Below are positions 27,701 through 43,909 of a stretch of 64,000 nucleotides of DNA, piece after piece. The stretch is from Octopus vulgaris. Lineage: Eukaryota. The notes beneath the pieces are model-generated. The model was not told the DNA's origin. It did not search any database and worked only from the letters and a program-made list of their open reading frames with translations. The translations under genes and the position numbers were made by a program. The DNA lies in NCBI GenBank assembly GCA_951406725.2, contig OX597831.1:37200001-37264000 (forward strand), read 5' to 3'. The number at the start of each line of letters is the position of its first letter. Position 1 is the stretch's first letter.

Positions 27701-29078
27701 CATATTCGACAGAGTAAATATAATGACATGATTCTAAAATATGTCTGCCACATATCACTTAGATCTGTTTTACTGTATACGAGAGAGCCACAGATGGCTG
27801 AATCTAATGAAGTCGTTACAGGATAGGCAGTAGCGGGGCCATGGTTTGCAATAAAGCATCAATGTTTAATTCTGAATCTGGTTAAAAGATTGAATTTGCA
27901 AACAGCCTAAGTCTTCAATATGTAAGTGGGACAAATCTCCATAATTGATAAGCGTTTCATTAGCTGGTGGAGCTGAATTTAAAATACCTCAAAGAATCAT
28001 TTGAATAAAGGCAGATTTCGAAGGATTTATATTTTAGAAAACAAAAAATATTGACTAATACACAGTTTTCAAATGTTAAAATTGTAAAAGTAGGACATGT
28101 CTCTTCAAACTCATTATATCAGTAAACGTTTTAATATGACATTAAATTAAAATTTCAACTAATGGAACTCAATTTAATTAGGTTTCAGCTCCAATATTCA
28201 ATTTCTTCATTCCACAGGTGAATAACTTCACCAAAATTGCTATTTTTCTCTTTACAAAAATTACATGAAATCAGTGTATTAAAATACTTTTTCTCTAAAT
28301 GTAATGAATTATAAATGGAATATGGATCTTCATTGGTTACGACGATGAGTGATCCAGGTAATTGCTCATTATAAAGGTCAACTGCTTAATGAATTAATAT
28401 TTAATTTCGATGAGTATTCCACAGAGATGTGTGCTGTACCCTTAACGTAATCCCCATGGAGAATGTGTGTAACTCTAAGTGACAAAGCTGGACCTCTGAA
28501 TGGCAGGTACAAATAATCTGACGCATTACTAAATAATATCCGTCCATGCAAATTCAATCATAAACCATGAATTGACTGGAGGCTTGGAAAAAATATTTGT
28601 TCAAGATGCTATGCTTTATGATCGAAAAACGAAGCCTTGTTACTTAGAAACAATATATACTCTTATATTCAATGAAATGGCAGAGTCGTTAGAACGATGG
28701 CTAAAGTGCTTCGCGATATTTGTTTGGTGTCTATACGAAGTAAGTTCAATCACGCTGAGGTCAACTTTGTAATTCATACCATCGTGGTTGATAAAATATT
28801 TTACCAATCTAACGCGGGGTATTGGCATTAGTGAAAGAACATCGTATGCGATGTCTTGTGGTATTATTCCACTTCTTCGCATTGAGTTCAAATCCCGACA
28901 TGGTTGTTATACTTTATCCATTGTCCAGTTTAACACCACCACCTAAGACGTTGCGTATCTTTAGTGCAGCCTACCCAGTGGCAAGAATTCCAGCCAGGTC
29001 TTCCATTAAGATGTACCAGTGGTTCCAACTTGGGGTCCGCAGACACCTTGGTTGTCTGCAAGCTAAATTCAAAAATTC

Positions 29079-29139
<61 letters not shown>

Positions 29140-29914
29140 GTATGCATGTATATATAGATGCATATATATTTTTTATATATGCGTGTATATATATATATAT
29201 AAAGTTGAAATTTACAGAAAAACAAAAGACGACGACAGGTGTATAAACAACAAGCCGATGTATTAGTTTGACGATCGGAAATTAGAAAAGTCTTTTACGT
29301 TTTGAGCCTACGCTCTTCAACAGGAAAGAATGAAAGAAAACAAATAGAGAGAATGAAACAAACTTGTGAACTTAGCGATCATATATGTTACATATACGCG
29401 TAATGATAAGCATATTAAAAGGGACTCGTGAGAAAACTCATTTAGATAAAAGGTTAAGAACCACTGTTGAGAACTACTGTGAAAATGTGTGGATCCACTG
29501 GGATATACCTTTCTCAACGAAAGCCAGTGTGGACATTGCATCCGCTTTCTGCTTCGTGGGTAGTGACATGTCATTCATATGTTGGTATCTTTTGCTTTTA
29601 TGTATTTGCTTTCCGCTTAAAATTTATAACGCGTTTCCCTAATATGGAAACTGCTTCGTTTGACCACATCCAGTCGGCGGGCGTTTAGATGACAATAACC
29701 GGATAATAATATTAAGTGGAAAATGTAACTACGTAATGCATTTGAGAACCACACTTCTTGAAGGCAGTAGCAACCAGATAAAGTAATCCCTGATAATAAT
29801 AAGTACATATATATATATACGAGACGCTTTTATACATCTCAAAAGGTATTGATGCCATTTAACATGATTCGTTTTGTCGTTGTATTTATGAACCCCTGTG
29901 ACTAATAATGTGCA

Positions 29915-30049
<135 letters not shown>

Positions 30050-30060
30050 CATTATTATTA

Positions 30061-30101
<41 letters not shown>

Positions 30102-30271
30102 GAGTAATAGCGCAGTGCATGCCATGAAAGTGGCACTGGGGTAAAATATACGAAGCCCAGTATACTCATCATGACTACCCGTGTGATAAATGTACACCAG
30201 GCACATGCATCACAGCCACCATATGTGCGCGACATTGTGATCTCATATCAAGATAAACAGCACGTGACCTT
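30102..30271 (-). mobile_element. 5'-truncated copy of repeat X
   Basis: Reverse complement matches 43713-43880; followed on the minus strand by (AAT)n. Confidence 0.8.
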
Positions 30272-30283
30272 ATTAATATTGTT

Positions 30284-30329
<46 letters not shown>

Positions 30330-30848
30330 CTTTATTATCATTTTGGTAAAACAGATGTTTGTCTTCCTCTTCGTCTTCTCTTCTAAATTTCTCTCTTCTT
30401 CTCATTCTCATGAAACCTCAAAGAGATCAGAGGTTGCGTTCTATGTGTATCATAGTAACATGTGCGACAATAAAACGGTGTTTACCGATACAGCATTTTT
30501 GTTATTATATTTCGTTACTATATATTTTTATTCATATATTTTCATATTCATTTCGATACTTATTGGTCCAACCGTTCCTCATTTCCAGCTGCCCATAAAA
30601 CTCTTGCGCATAATCTCAGCCAAATCATATACCCCCTCCTTTAATTACTCTGACGTTTCCTCCTTCTTACTCTTTCTATCTAAATATCTATCCATTTCCT
30701 ATCTCTCCCTCATTCTCTCTGGCTGTAACTTTGTCTCTCTCGCTCGCTCCAGCTTTGTCATAACTACACAACTACAGTTTCTTTTTTTTTACTACTTATA
30801 ACATGTGATCCAATATTGCGGAGCATATATGCCAGTATTATATATTTA

Positions 30849-30923
<75 letters not shown>

Positions 30924-31233
30924 GTATATATGTATATATTGTATACATATATACATAAATATATACGCTATATATTTATGCATATATGACGTATATATCT
31001 ATCTGTCTGTTAATCTATATATATTTATTTATACATATATATATGTGTGTGTGTGAGTGTGTTGTGTATAGATATATACTTATTCATATACATTATATCT
31101 TATATTTTATATGTATATGTGTATAGACTCATATATATGCATATATATATAATACACACACATACACACACATATATAAATTCACATAAACATAAATTAC
31201 TTTTAGTTATATATGTATATATATATAACTGTG

Positions 31234-31315
<82 letters not shown>

Positions 31316-32041
31316 GTGTGTAGGCCTAATAATATTATATATATATGCGCGTATATATGTGTGTGTGAGTGTGTGTGTATCGATATGCATTCATCTATTG
31401 TTCTTTCTTTTTTGTGTTGTTTACTTTCATTATTTCTTTGTCTCATTTTGTTTCATTTTTTTCCCCGGTGCACATAAATTGTTGTAAATTCATTAAATAC
31501 TTACCTACAGTGGGAGAAATTGCCATCAAAACAATATTGATTCTGTTTGAACGAGAAACAATGTATGAAGAGAAGAGGTGATATTGCAAAAAATAAATAA
31601 ATGAATAAAATAAGATACAGTAATGCATAAAATGAAAGAAAAAAGGAAATTAAAAATGTACAAAGGCATAAGTTTAACATAGAACATGAGTAAAAGGGAA
31701 AACAAAATTATTGGCTCTGGTTTTCGAGATACATTTTATTCCATAAAAATGAAAACCATGAAGATATATATATACGGGGAAAAATGTGAGGCATAAAGAC
31801 GTAGTCATTTGTAATGAAAACAAAAGTATTAGATTATGAAGAATTTGACAAGGCCGTGTACAAACAATTACATATATATGCACTTATACATACATACATA
31901 TATACATATATTCATGCAAATATACACACATTCGTATATAGGTACATTCATACACACGCACACATAAATGCGTACATATACACATACATGTATACATATA
32001 AAGGATATAGGTATGTATGCAAGTTACATCTATATATAAAC

Positions 32042-32079
<38 letters not shown>

Positions 32080-32291
32080 CTGAGTCTATAAGGGTTTATA
32101 CACACAGAGGTGACTCTTTACAAACTAGAAAAGGCATTCAGACAAAACAACGTAGTTCCAAAGACAATGAAAACAAATGTTATTTATAGTTAATCCCAGA
32201 CTCGAGTTTCTGTAACCACCGGTTCAGAAAATTTATTCTAAATAATTTTATTTCATCCTTTTTCACAATATTTTCTCAATAATTTTCACGG

Positions 32292-32379
<88 letters not shown>

Positions 32380-32671
32380 TGATAATAATAATAATAATAA
32401 TAATAATATTAGGGAGTATGGCTCCAAACTTACAGGACAAAATTTGATTTAGTATTAAATCAAATTTCACAGTATAAAAATATATAAAAGATGCCTAATA
32501 GTGGTTTTATCTCTAATTCATATTATATATATATATATATATATTGTACATATGACAGTGGTTTTTATATTCATAAATATATATATATATTTTGTACAGT
32601 GGTTATTAAATTCATATTATAATATATATATATAATATAGTGGTATATATACTTATGTGTATCTCTAATTC

Positions 32672-32714
<43 letters not shown>

Positions 32715-32950
32715 TATATCATGTATACAACGTATAATCGTATGTCAATGTCATATATTTACATATATATCAGTATTTGTATATGAATATATATATATAT
32801 ATATTAAATGTATATGTACGTATATGTATATATGTATATGTATGTAAATTTGTACACATAATTTTGATCTTTTCTACCACATATCTTCCATTGAGTGTTT
32901 GTGCCCCTGTAGCTAAAATGTTACAGAATATTTTTGGCTAGATAATGTGG

Positions 32951-32986
<36 letters not shown>

Positions 32987-34048
32987 GAGGAATCGAGAAG
33001 GAGCATGAAGGAGTGAGAGAGCAGCGTTTATTTGTATGCGCGTATACAAATCTGTTTGAATATATTTGTGCTTGTGAGAGAGTGTGGCAGTCCAAGAATA
33101 TGAAAATACGTTTGAAACATGCGTTATGTAACGGTATGCAATGTAAGCTCCTGCGATCATCGAGCTTTTAGATACTTCGGTTGACGTGAAAGGGAATTAA
33201 TAGCAGTCTGCGCACTCAAAAGTCTTTGAATAATCTCCACCGATTTCGATAATATCATATGCAATAGGATACGGACAATGATAGAAAGAGAGGAAACAAA
33301 ATATTATTTTGGTAATTTAAAATTAGAATTTTAATCTTTTGCTAAGTTTTACGCTGCGTTCATTTCTTTCACAGTTAAAAATTCTTTCAGTTATTTTCTA
33401 GTAGGGTTTCTAGCCAGACAAGCGATGAGTTTTACAAAGGGCTACGAGCAGTGTGAGAAGAAGAAATATATATAATAAGATGAAGTGAAACTATAACAGG
33501 CAGATTGCGGTATACCGTTTACATGTAAAGATTATATATTTGTTGAGTCCAGTTTAAATGGCACTAGACTTTCATGATGAGAAAGTCAAGCGGTCAAAAA
33601 ACAAATACAGAAATCAATGAGGCTTGTAATGTATCAGGTAATATCTTGTTCACTGAATAATATATAGATTCATAATAAATTGGGAAAAACCTTTTTAACG
33701 TTTGAAGTATCAGAAACCAATCCATGAAACGTTTACATGGCAACTACGTCAGAGTAGATTTGCTAAGCAAAGTTTTACAAAGACTCAAAATTTTAGCTGA
33801 GAATAGCAAAGTAATGAAGCATTTGCCATTTGTTGGCGTTTAAAATGATACTCGATGCTTCTATTTGGCTCTTTCTACAGATTAAAATCTATTTGGATGA
33901 ATGCAGAATGATTCATTTGAGTAGTAAATGTTGATCATAGTTGCAAAAGCCTAAAGCATGATCTCTCTCCAATTACTGAAATTAATCAGCATGTATATTT
34001 GGCTCTGGTCACGGATTAAATCAATCACTATTGTTGTTTAAGGAAACG

Positions 34049-34116
<68 letters not shown>

Positions 34117-34177
34117 ACACACTCAAATATATATATGCACAGAAATACATTTGTCTAATTTTATATGCATAAATTTC

Positions 34178-34229
<52 letters not shown>

Positions 34230-34536
34230 TATGTGTGTATATATATATATATGCACACATATATATGGTGATGTATGCACACTTAATACTTTAATTAAGA
34301 TAATTTTCCTGTGTGCATAGTACCGGCAGTGATTTGGGAGATCTGCTGTCGCTTACTTGCAAAATTCACACCCATTGACACCACTTTCAGCCACCTTTTA
34401 ATAAATATGTTTCTTTTACCGTCTTATTTGTAAATTTATCACTGATGTTCAATTCAATGTTCTTTGTAATACATATAATATCAACGATTAAGTGCAGAAA
34501 CACACACACATACACGCGCGCGGTCATATATACATG

Positions 34537-34574
<38 letters not shown>

Positions 34575-35409
34575 AATCTATGTATGTGTATATACACGCA
34601 CACATATATATATATGTATTAATTTATATCGCTTATATGTGTCTATATTTTAAAATATAATAATCGACATATATACATTATATATATATATATATCTATA
34701 TATATAGATGTGTGTGTGTGTGACGTTTGTGTGTGTGTGTATGTATGTATTTGCTATGAATTATGTATACATACATATGTGTATGAACGTGTGTGTATTT
34801 GTATGTTTGTGTAGATATATTTAGATATCTATGTACATTTCTACGAAGATTAATTAGTGAAGTAAAGCATGGCATTGTTTATATCCGACATCAAAAACGT
34901 TCATTAAGCAATTATTTTAAATTACATATATTTAATTACATAAGAGAAATGATATTCATAGTTCTTTATAATAAGTATAAGGTGGGGTTTTTTATTCTAA
35001 AATAAGCAGTTTCGCAATTCTGTGTTTAATTCTACTTTATCTACTTTTAACAGTTTCCACAAGTGCTTTGATTACGTTATTTCATCACTTTTCCTTTCTA
35101 CTATTTTCTTTGAAGTGAAATTTCATCTCTCTCTCTCTTTCTCTCTCTCTCTCTATTTTGTTATACGTACAATGTCTCAGCACATACGTATAGACACACA
35201 CATACACACACACACATATATATATATACATACATATATATATATGTGTATATATGTATATATGTATGTGTGTTTATATATATGTCTATATATGTATATA
35301 TATATATATACACACATACATATGTATACATATATATACATACATATATATATACATATATATATAAATATGTATATATATGTATATATATATGTATGTA
35401 TATATATGT

Positions 35410-35510
<101 letters not shown>

Positions 35511-35777
35511 TGAACATACTCATCTCATATTTTGGCTAAGTTTAATCAGTGAAGCGGTAGGAATTATGTACATGTATTAATTTTATGTTTCTTTATTATT
35601 TTGATTAAGCAATTATTCAATAAACATATATATTAAGCTTCATGTGTGAAGTAAAGTTATTATTTCATTATAAAATCTATGAGGTCTTTTATTACACCTT
35701 TTAATATTATGTTTCAGCTATGTTTCATAATTGTAGCAAAAGCTATTCAGTACACACACCCACACAAACTCACACAC

Positions 35778-35808
<31 letters not shown>

Positions 35809-36667
35809 TGTATGTATGTATGTATGTATGTATGTGTATACATATGGTATATACACCGTTAATAATAGTCCATGCGGCAGCACTGTAGCATCAAAACATT
35901 GAAGTAATAAATAGACAGACTTTTGTGATTCGAAGGTAGATATTCATAAAGATAAACTCACATAATTTTCTCAGTTTAAGTACACCATCATCGTCGTCGT
36001 TGCCTTCGTCATCGTCATCGTAATCGTCGTCATCCTCATCATGATCATCATCCTCACCAGCGTCATTATCATCATTTATATCGATACTATAATTCTTATT
36101 AATATATTTTGGTAATAGTTTACTAGAATCGGTAAAATATTAAGAAAAAGTTAGATTTTCATTTAACAAGTATCCATTACATTCTGTGTCCAAATCCCAA
36201 CGAGATCATCATGTGGTGGAGAACAGTTCACACGTGTGCTGAGGCTAACCAAAGGATTTTAGATTTAGATATATCTGAGGTATTTATATGTACACATGAC
36301 TTTTGCTTCGGCTTTTTTCCGTGGGCGCATGGAAGTATTTCATATATTTCTATTCATATTTTGTACTAAAGAAGAAAAATTCTATTGTGAGATTAATTCC
36401 GAAATTGATTCAATATTGAAATAACGAACTTTTAAAAAAAAGATCTGTTGGCTAGCGTTATCGATTTCTATAGTGGGTATAATAATATGTGGAAATTGAC
36501 GATTAAAAAGTCTGTTATCAGCATATTGGCATAGAAATAATTTTCTTTTGCCCTTGTTTATAAGTTGTTTATAATTTTAACCTTTAAAGGTATTCTAATA
36601 TACTGCCACGTTTTTGATGAAATTTTTTTGTAAAAGAACTTCATCCTATATTAGTAGTATATATATA

Positions 36668-36722
<55 letters not shown>

Positions 36723-36724
<2 letters not shown>

Positions 36725-36885
36725 CGACGGGCTCCTTTGAGTTTCTGTCTACCAAGTCCACTCACACGGCTTTGGTCGGCCCGAGGCTATAGTAGAAGAC
36801 ACTTGCCCAAGGTGCCACGCAGTGGGACTGAACCCGGAACTATGTGGTTGGTAAGAAAGTTACTTACCAAACAGCCACTCCTGAG

Positions 36886-36887
<2 letters not shown>
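36723..36887 (-). mobile_element. SINE family A, 5' half within (TA)n
   Basis: Reverse complement matches 22706-22852. Confidence 0.85.
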
Positions 36888-36924
<37 letters not shown>

Positions 36925-36971
36925 ATAATAAAAAGTGAAAAAAACTACAGAAGGCTTAAAGGTTAAAAAAT

Positions 36972-39353
<2,382 letters not shown>

Positions 39354-39744
39354 TCACACACACGCACACAGAAACACAAAGTTGGTATGCATTTCATAAC
39401 TCCAAGCCACATATTTGCAGAAAGATAATTCTGCAATACTTGTAAGCCACATAGGCATATAAGAGTGACCATCTCCATATGCTATTATGTTGGAAGTATT
39501 TGGTGTTCGTATCGAATGTTGAAGTTTGTTAATTTTTATGTGTCTTGTTTATGCCTGCACAGAGTATTAGAACGTGGATTATGTACGTTATCTATGAAAT
39601 CATATGATATGCGGCTGAATCCGTTTTTAAGGGGTTGGCTTCGAAATTTGCATTCCCTCGCGTTCGGTACACTGTGTGTTTATTCTTGTAGTTTTGACTT
39701 TAAGAGTCCCTAATAGCGTGAGGCATTTACGTGTAGCAATGCAC

Positions 39745-39795
<51 letters not shown>

Positions 39796-40036
39796 GGAAA
39801 ATTCACAAGTAAAAAAAAGAGGAAGACAGGTGGTGTAGACAACAAACAGATGTATTAATTTAACGCTCGGGAGGTAAAAAAAGTCTTTAACTTTTCGAGC
39901 CTACGCTCTTTCGTAGAAAGGAACACAGGAAGAAACAAGGAGAGAAAATATAGGATGTGTAGTGGGTAGCGATCCATCATTGCGAATATATATATATCAT
40001 ATATATACTTAGAAATGGATGCATGGCAATCAATCA

Positions 40037-40078
<42 letters not shown>

Positions 40079-40198
40079 TATATTCATAAATTTATATATA
40101 TATATACATATATTTATAAATTATATATATATATATATATATTTATATCGATATATATATATATATATTTATATCGATATATATATATTTATATCGAG

Positions 40199-40246
<48 letters not shown>

Positions 40247-40744
40247 GCATACATATATGTATATATTTGTGTGTGTATAAACTCATGCATTTATATATAT
40301 ATATATTTATGTATAAAAATATATATATCCATACATATATATATGTGTGTATATACTCATACATCCATTGATATATATATATATACAGATACATATACAA
40401 TATACAAATCGATACGCACACACACACGCACACACACACAGACACACACACATATATATGTATGTAAACCCGTAAACACACATACACACGGACGTCTTTG
40501 ATGCTGACTAATATTTTTTTTTTTTTTGCGACTTTGGAAAACTGATAACAGTTATATTTTCGTATAAAACTTTATATCTTCCTATTTGTGTATACTTGTG
40601 TATGCGTTTCACTAATAAGTGCGTCTGTGTTTTTAATATCTGTGAATCTGGATATTTATAGATGAGATGACTCTTAAATAGTGTGCGACCGTTTGTCTCT
40701 GCAAAAGTTTCCGTGAAATAGATAAATAGAGAGATAGAGTGGGA

Positions 40745-40799
<55 letters not shown>

Positions 40800-41171
40800 C
40801 AAAGTAAGACAAACAGACAGACTGTATGTGTATTTTATGTATGTGTAGAGTCTAGTGTATGGTTTGTGTATTTCTGATGATATTATACTGTACGTGTAGT
40901 TTGCTGAGACCCATGTTGTATGCTTTAAGTTTGAGATCGTGTGTGAATCGTGTATGTTCACAAACACACACACGCACACACACATACATTCATACGCACT
41001 CGCTCACACACAGACATACATTCACATACACACATATATATATATATAAATATGATTACATCGTGTTTTGTGTATATATACATACATGTATATGTATATT
41101 ATTATATAAAAGTATATTGATATTTTAAATTATCTATCTTTATCATCCTCTCTCTCTCACTATATATATAT

Positions 41172-41425
41172 TCAGATGTGTGATAAATTCGCTATGTTTT
41201 CCATTTATTTTATTCCTTATTTTTCAAAAATCAACTTTAACAAATCAGTGAGATCTACCGTTAAAGCACTGACAATCTAGTGGAATTTTGGCAAGGATTC
41301 CTGAACAATGAATGAGCAATATATCATAGACTAATTCTTTTCAAATTATTTTTCATTGTTGATGAAGAATAAGGATTAAAATAAATGATAGGGGAAAACG
41401 AACGAATTTAGCTGACAATCCAATG
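41172..41425. mobile_element. Possible mariner-type MITE
   Basis: Diverged inverted ends ATTCAGATGTGTGATAAATTCGCTATGTTTT versus rc ATTGGATTGTCAGCTAAATTCGTTCGTTTT. Confidence 0.35.
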
Positions 41426-41609
41426 AAGAAATATATATTAATGAATATATACTTTTATACACAACGCAAATCAGATAAAACAAACAAAAAAAATTTAAAC
41501 GCCTGTCTTTGGATTTAGGAAGAAGTATCTAATCATATAACATCTATAATTTGCTGTGTAAACAAAGAAACGGTGTCAGAAAGATGTGCGCTGCATGAAG
41601 GTTTTGTAA

Positions 41610-43010
41610 TATTGGTTTCGAATTTTGGCAGAAGGCCAGAAATTTCGGTAAGTCGATAACATCATGCTAGTACTCAATTTATACTTATTTTATTTTATCG
41701 ACCTCGAAACGAATGAAAGGCAAATTTGTCGTTGGTGTAATTTGAACTCAGGATTAGAAACGGGCGAAATGCCGTAAAGCATTTTGCCCGGCGTGCGAAC
41801 GATTCTTCTCCCTTGCCGCCTTTTTTGTATTATTTAAATATATGTTAAGGCGACAAGATGTCTGAATCATTAATACGGCGTGGTAAGGGGTGTCTACTGG
41901 CATTGCGTCCGTCTTCACTGTCTGAGTGTATGTTCCGGCGTTGTCGACTTTGCCTTTCAATTTCATCATTCCTGGTCTAAGTTGCAGTTGGCAGCTGGAT
42001 CAATGTAATTGACGTATCCCTTCCTCCAAAATTGTCATTTTTATGTCAAAATTTGCAACTAATATTTGAATATATAATACGGTGGCCTAATTGCAGAATC
42101 ATTAGCACACACCTATCAAAAAGTTTAGCTGCATTTCATCCGTCTTTACGTTTTGAGTTCAAATTTCAACGTGGTCATCTTTGCCTTTTATCTTTTCAAG
42201 GTCGATAAAATAATTACCACGAGTTCAGGGGACCGAATTAATTCAGTAGTCCCTGCCTAGAAATTACTGCTTTTGTTCCAGACCTTGAAAAGCGAATATT
42301 CAATTATTTATCATATTTCTTATTTTTAGCATAATTATTTACAAACGCTAATTTGTCAAATCTCAATTTAAATGTCATTCAATACCTATTTCTTTACTAC
42401 CCACAAAGGACTAAACACAGAGATCACAAACAAGGACCGAAAAACGGATTAAATGGATTATATCGACCCCAGTGCGTAAGTGGTACTTATTTAATCGACC
42501 CCGAAACGATGAAAGGCAAAGTCGACCTCGGCGGAATTTGAACTCAGAACATAGCGGCAGACAAAATACCGCTAAGCATTTCACCCGGCGTGCTAACGAT
42601 TCTGCCAGCTCGCCGCCTTGATGTCACTCAATACCGCTAAGTAAAGAATGATGAATTTCTTATTTCTGTAAGTAAACGGTTGACAATGGCTTCAAAGTTG
42701 CTGATTAGTTGTTTTGTGAAAGTGGCGGAAGTAGCCAAAACGAAACCTCGAAATATTTAATTATGTTGTTTGGCTCCCTGCATGACCACAGTTAATGATG
42801 GAAATGAGTACAATAATAGTTCGGAAATGTTTCAGATTTTGGCCCCAAGACATCAGATTTAAGGAGAGAGGGTTAGTCATGTTAGTCAATTTCAACGACC
42901 CCAAAACACGACAGGTACTCAAATTAATCGAACCCGAGAGGATGAAAGGTAGAATTTGTATTTGGTGAAATTTGAAATCGCAACGTAAAGGACCAAGAAC
43001 GCATGCTGTT
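41610..43010. repeat. Cluster of five SINE B-type copies in mixed orientations
   Basis: Cores at ~41610-41820 (-), 41850-42060 (+), 42080-42290 (+), 42387-42617 (-) and 42830-43010 (-). Confidence 0.65.
42387..42617 (-). mobile_element. tRNA-headed SINE family B (Nin/Deu-like core), full-length with 15-bp TSD
   Basis: Minus strand: GGCGGCGAGC-TGGCAGAATCG (A box)...GAGTTCAAATTC (B box)...GTCGACTTTGCCTTTCATCGTTTCGGGGTCGATTAAATAAGTACC (Nin-domain-like). TSD ATGTCA(T/C)TCAATACC at 42372-42386 and 42621-42635. Confidence 0.88.
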
Positions 43011-43244
43011 AAATATAAATACAAGTGGATTACATCAACTCTAGTACTTGACTGGTACTATATTCTATAACTTAAAATGTCAAGTTGATTCCTGCGGTCC
43101 CTGAAATTTGAAAGTAAACAGTTGTAACAAAAAATATACAAAACGTTTTGTAGGAGGCTTTAAAGATTTTGCCAACGCTCTTATAATGAAAGTGATGATG
43201 ATGATGACGATGATGATAGTAATAATAATAATACTAATAATAAT

Positions 43245-43309
<65 letters not shown>

Positions 43310-43313
43310 TAAT

Positions 43314-43880
43314 GGGCGCCATATGCCCTGATGCAGTTATGCCCTGATGCAGTACCAGGCAGTGGCTCTCATGGCTTCTGATCTTAACTGATTGGAAGTG
43401 TTATCATGTACATTGTTTTGTCTTGGTATAAAAGATGGGCTACAGCAAATATTCTGCTCAATACCACAGATTTGCTTGTCAGTTGTTTGACCTTAACCAG
43501 TTGAGCATGTCCCTTAGTGGCTGACGATATGTGCATCTCTGATCACGAGCAGAAGTAGTGGGGGGCATCATAGCCATGTGTTGAGAGGGATTCTTTGGGG
43601 TTTGAATAATTCCCCTCTGGAAACATGGGTAGGTCTTTCAACATCCTTAAACAACCCTTATTCAGGGACCTTTTGAGCTGGATGGGTTACTCAACCTGAA
43701 GAAAATTCTAACAAGGTCATGTGCTGTTTATCTTGATATGAGATCACCATGTCGCGCACATATGGTTGCGATGCATGTGCCTGGTATACCTTTATCAGAC
43801 GGGTAGTCATGATGGGTATATTGGGCTTCGTATATTTTACCCCAGTGTCACTTTGATGGCATGCACTGCTCTCTCACTCA
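43314..43880 (+). mobile_element. Non-coding AAT-flanked repeat 'X' (longest copy)
   Basis: Lies between (AAT)n tracts. Its last 110-170 bp recur at 49783-49895 (+) and 30102-30271 (-), always ending ...ACTC then AATAAT. A 16-bp tandem duplication TATGCCCTGATGCAGT sits at the 5' end (43322-43353). Confidence 0.75.
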
Positions 43881-43909
43881 ATAATAATAATAATAATAAT
43901 AATAATATC

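Noticed and set aside
33470-34010. Faint hAT-like peptides (also ~8560-8960, 23700-24380, 56430-56900)
   Set aside because: Only short, frameshifted resemblances; not supportable without a profile search.
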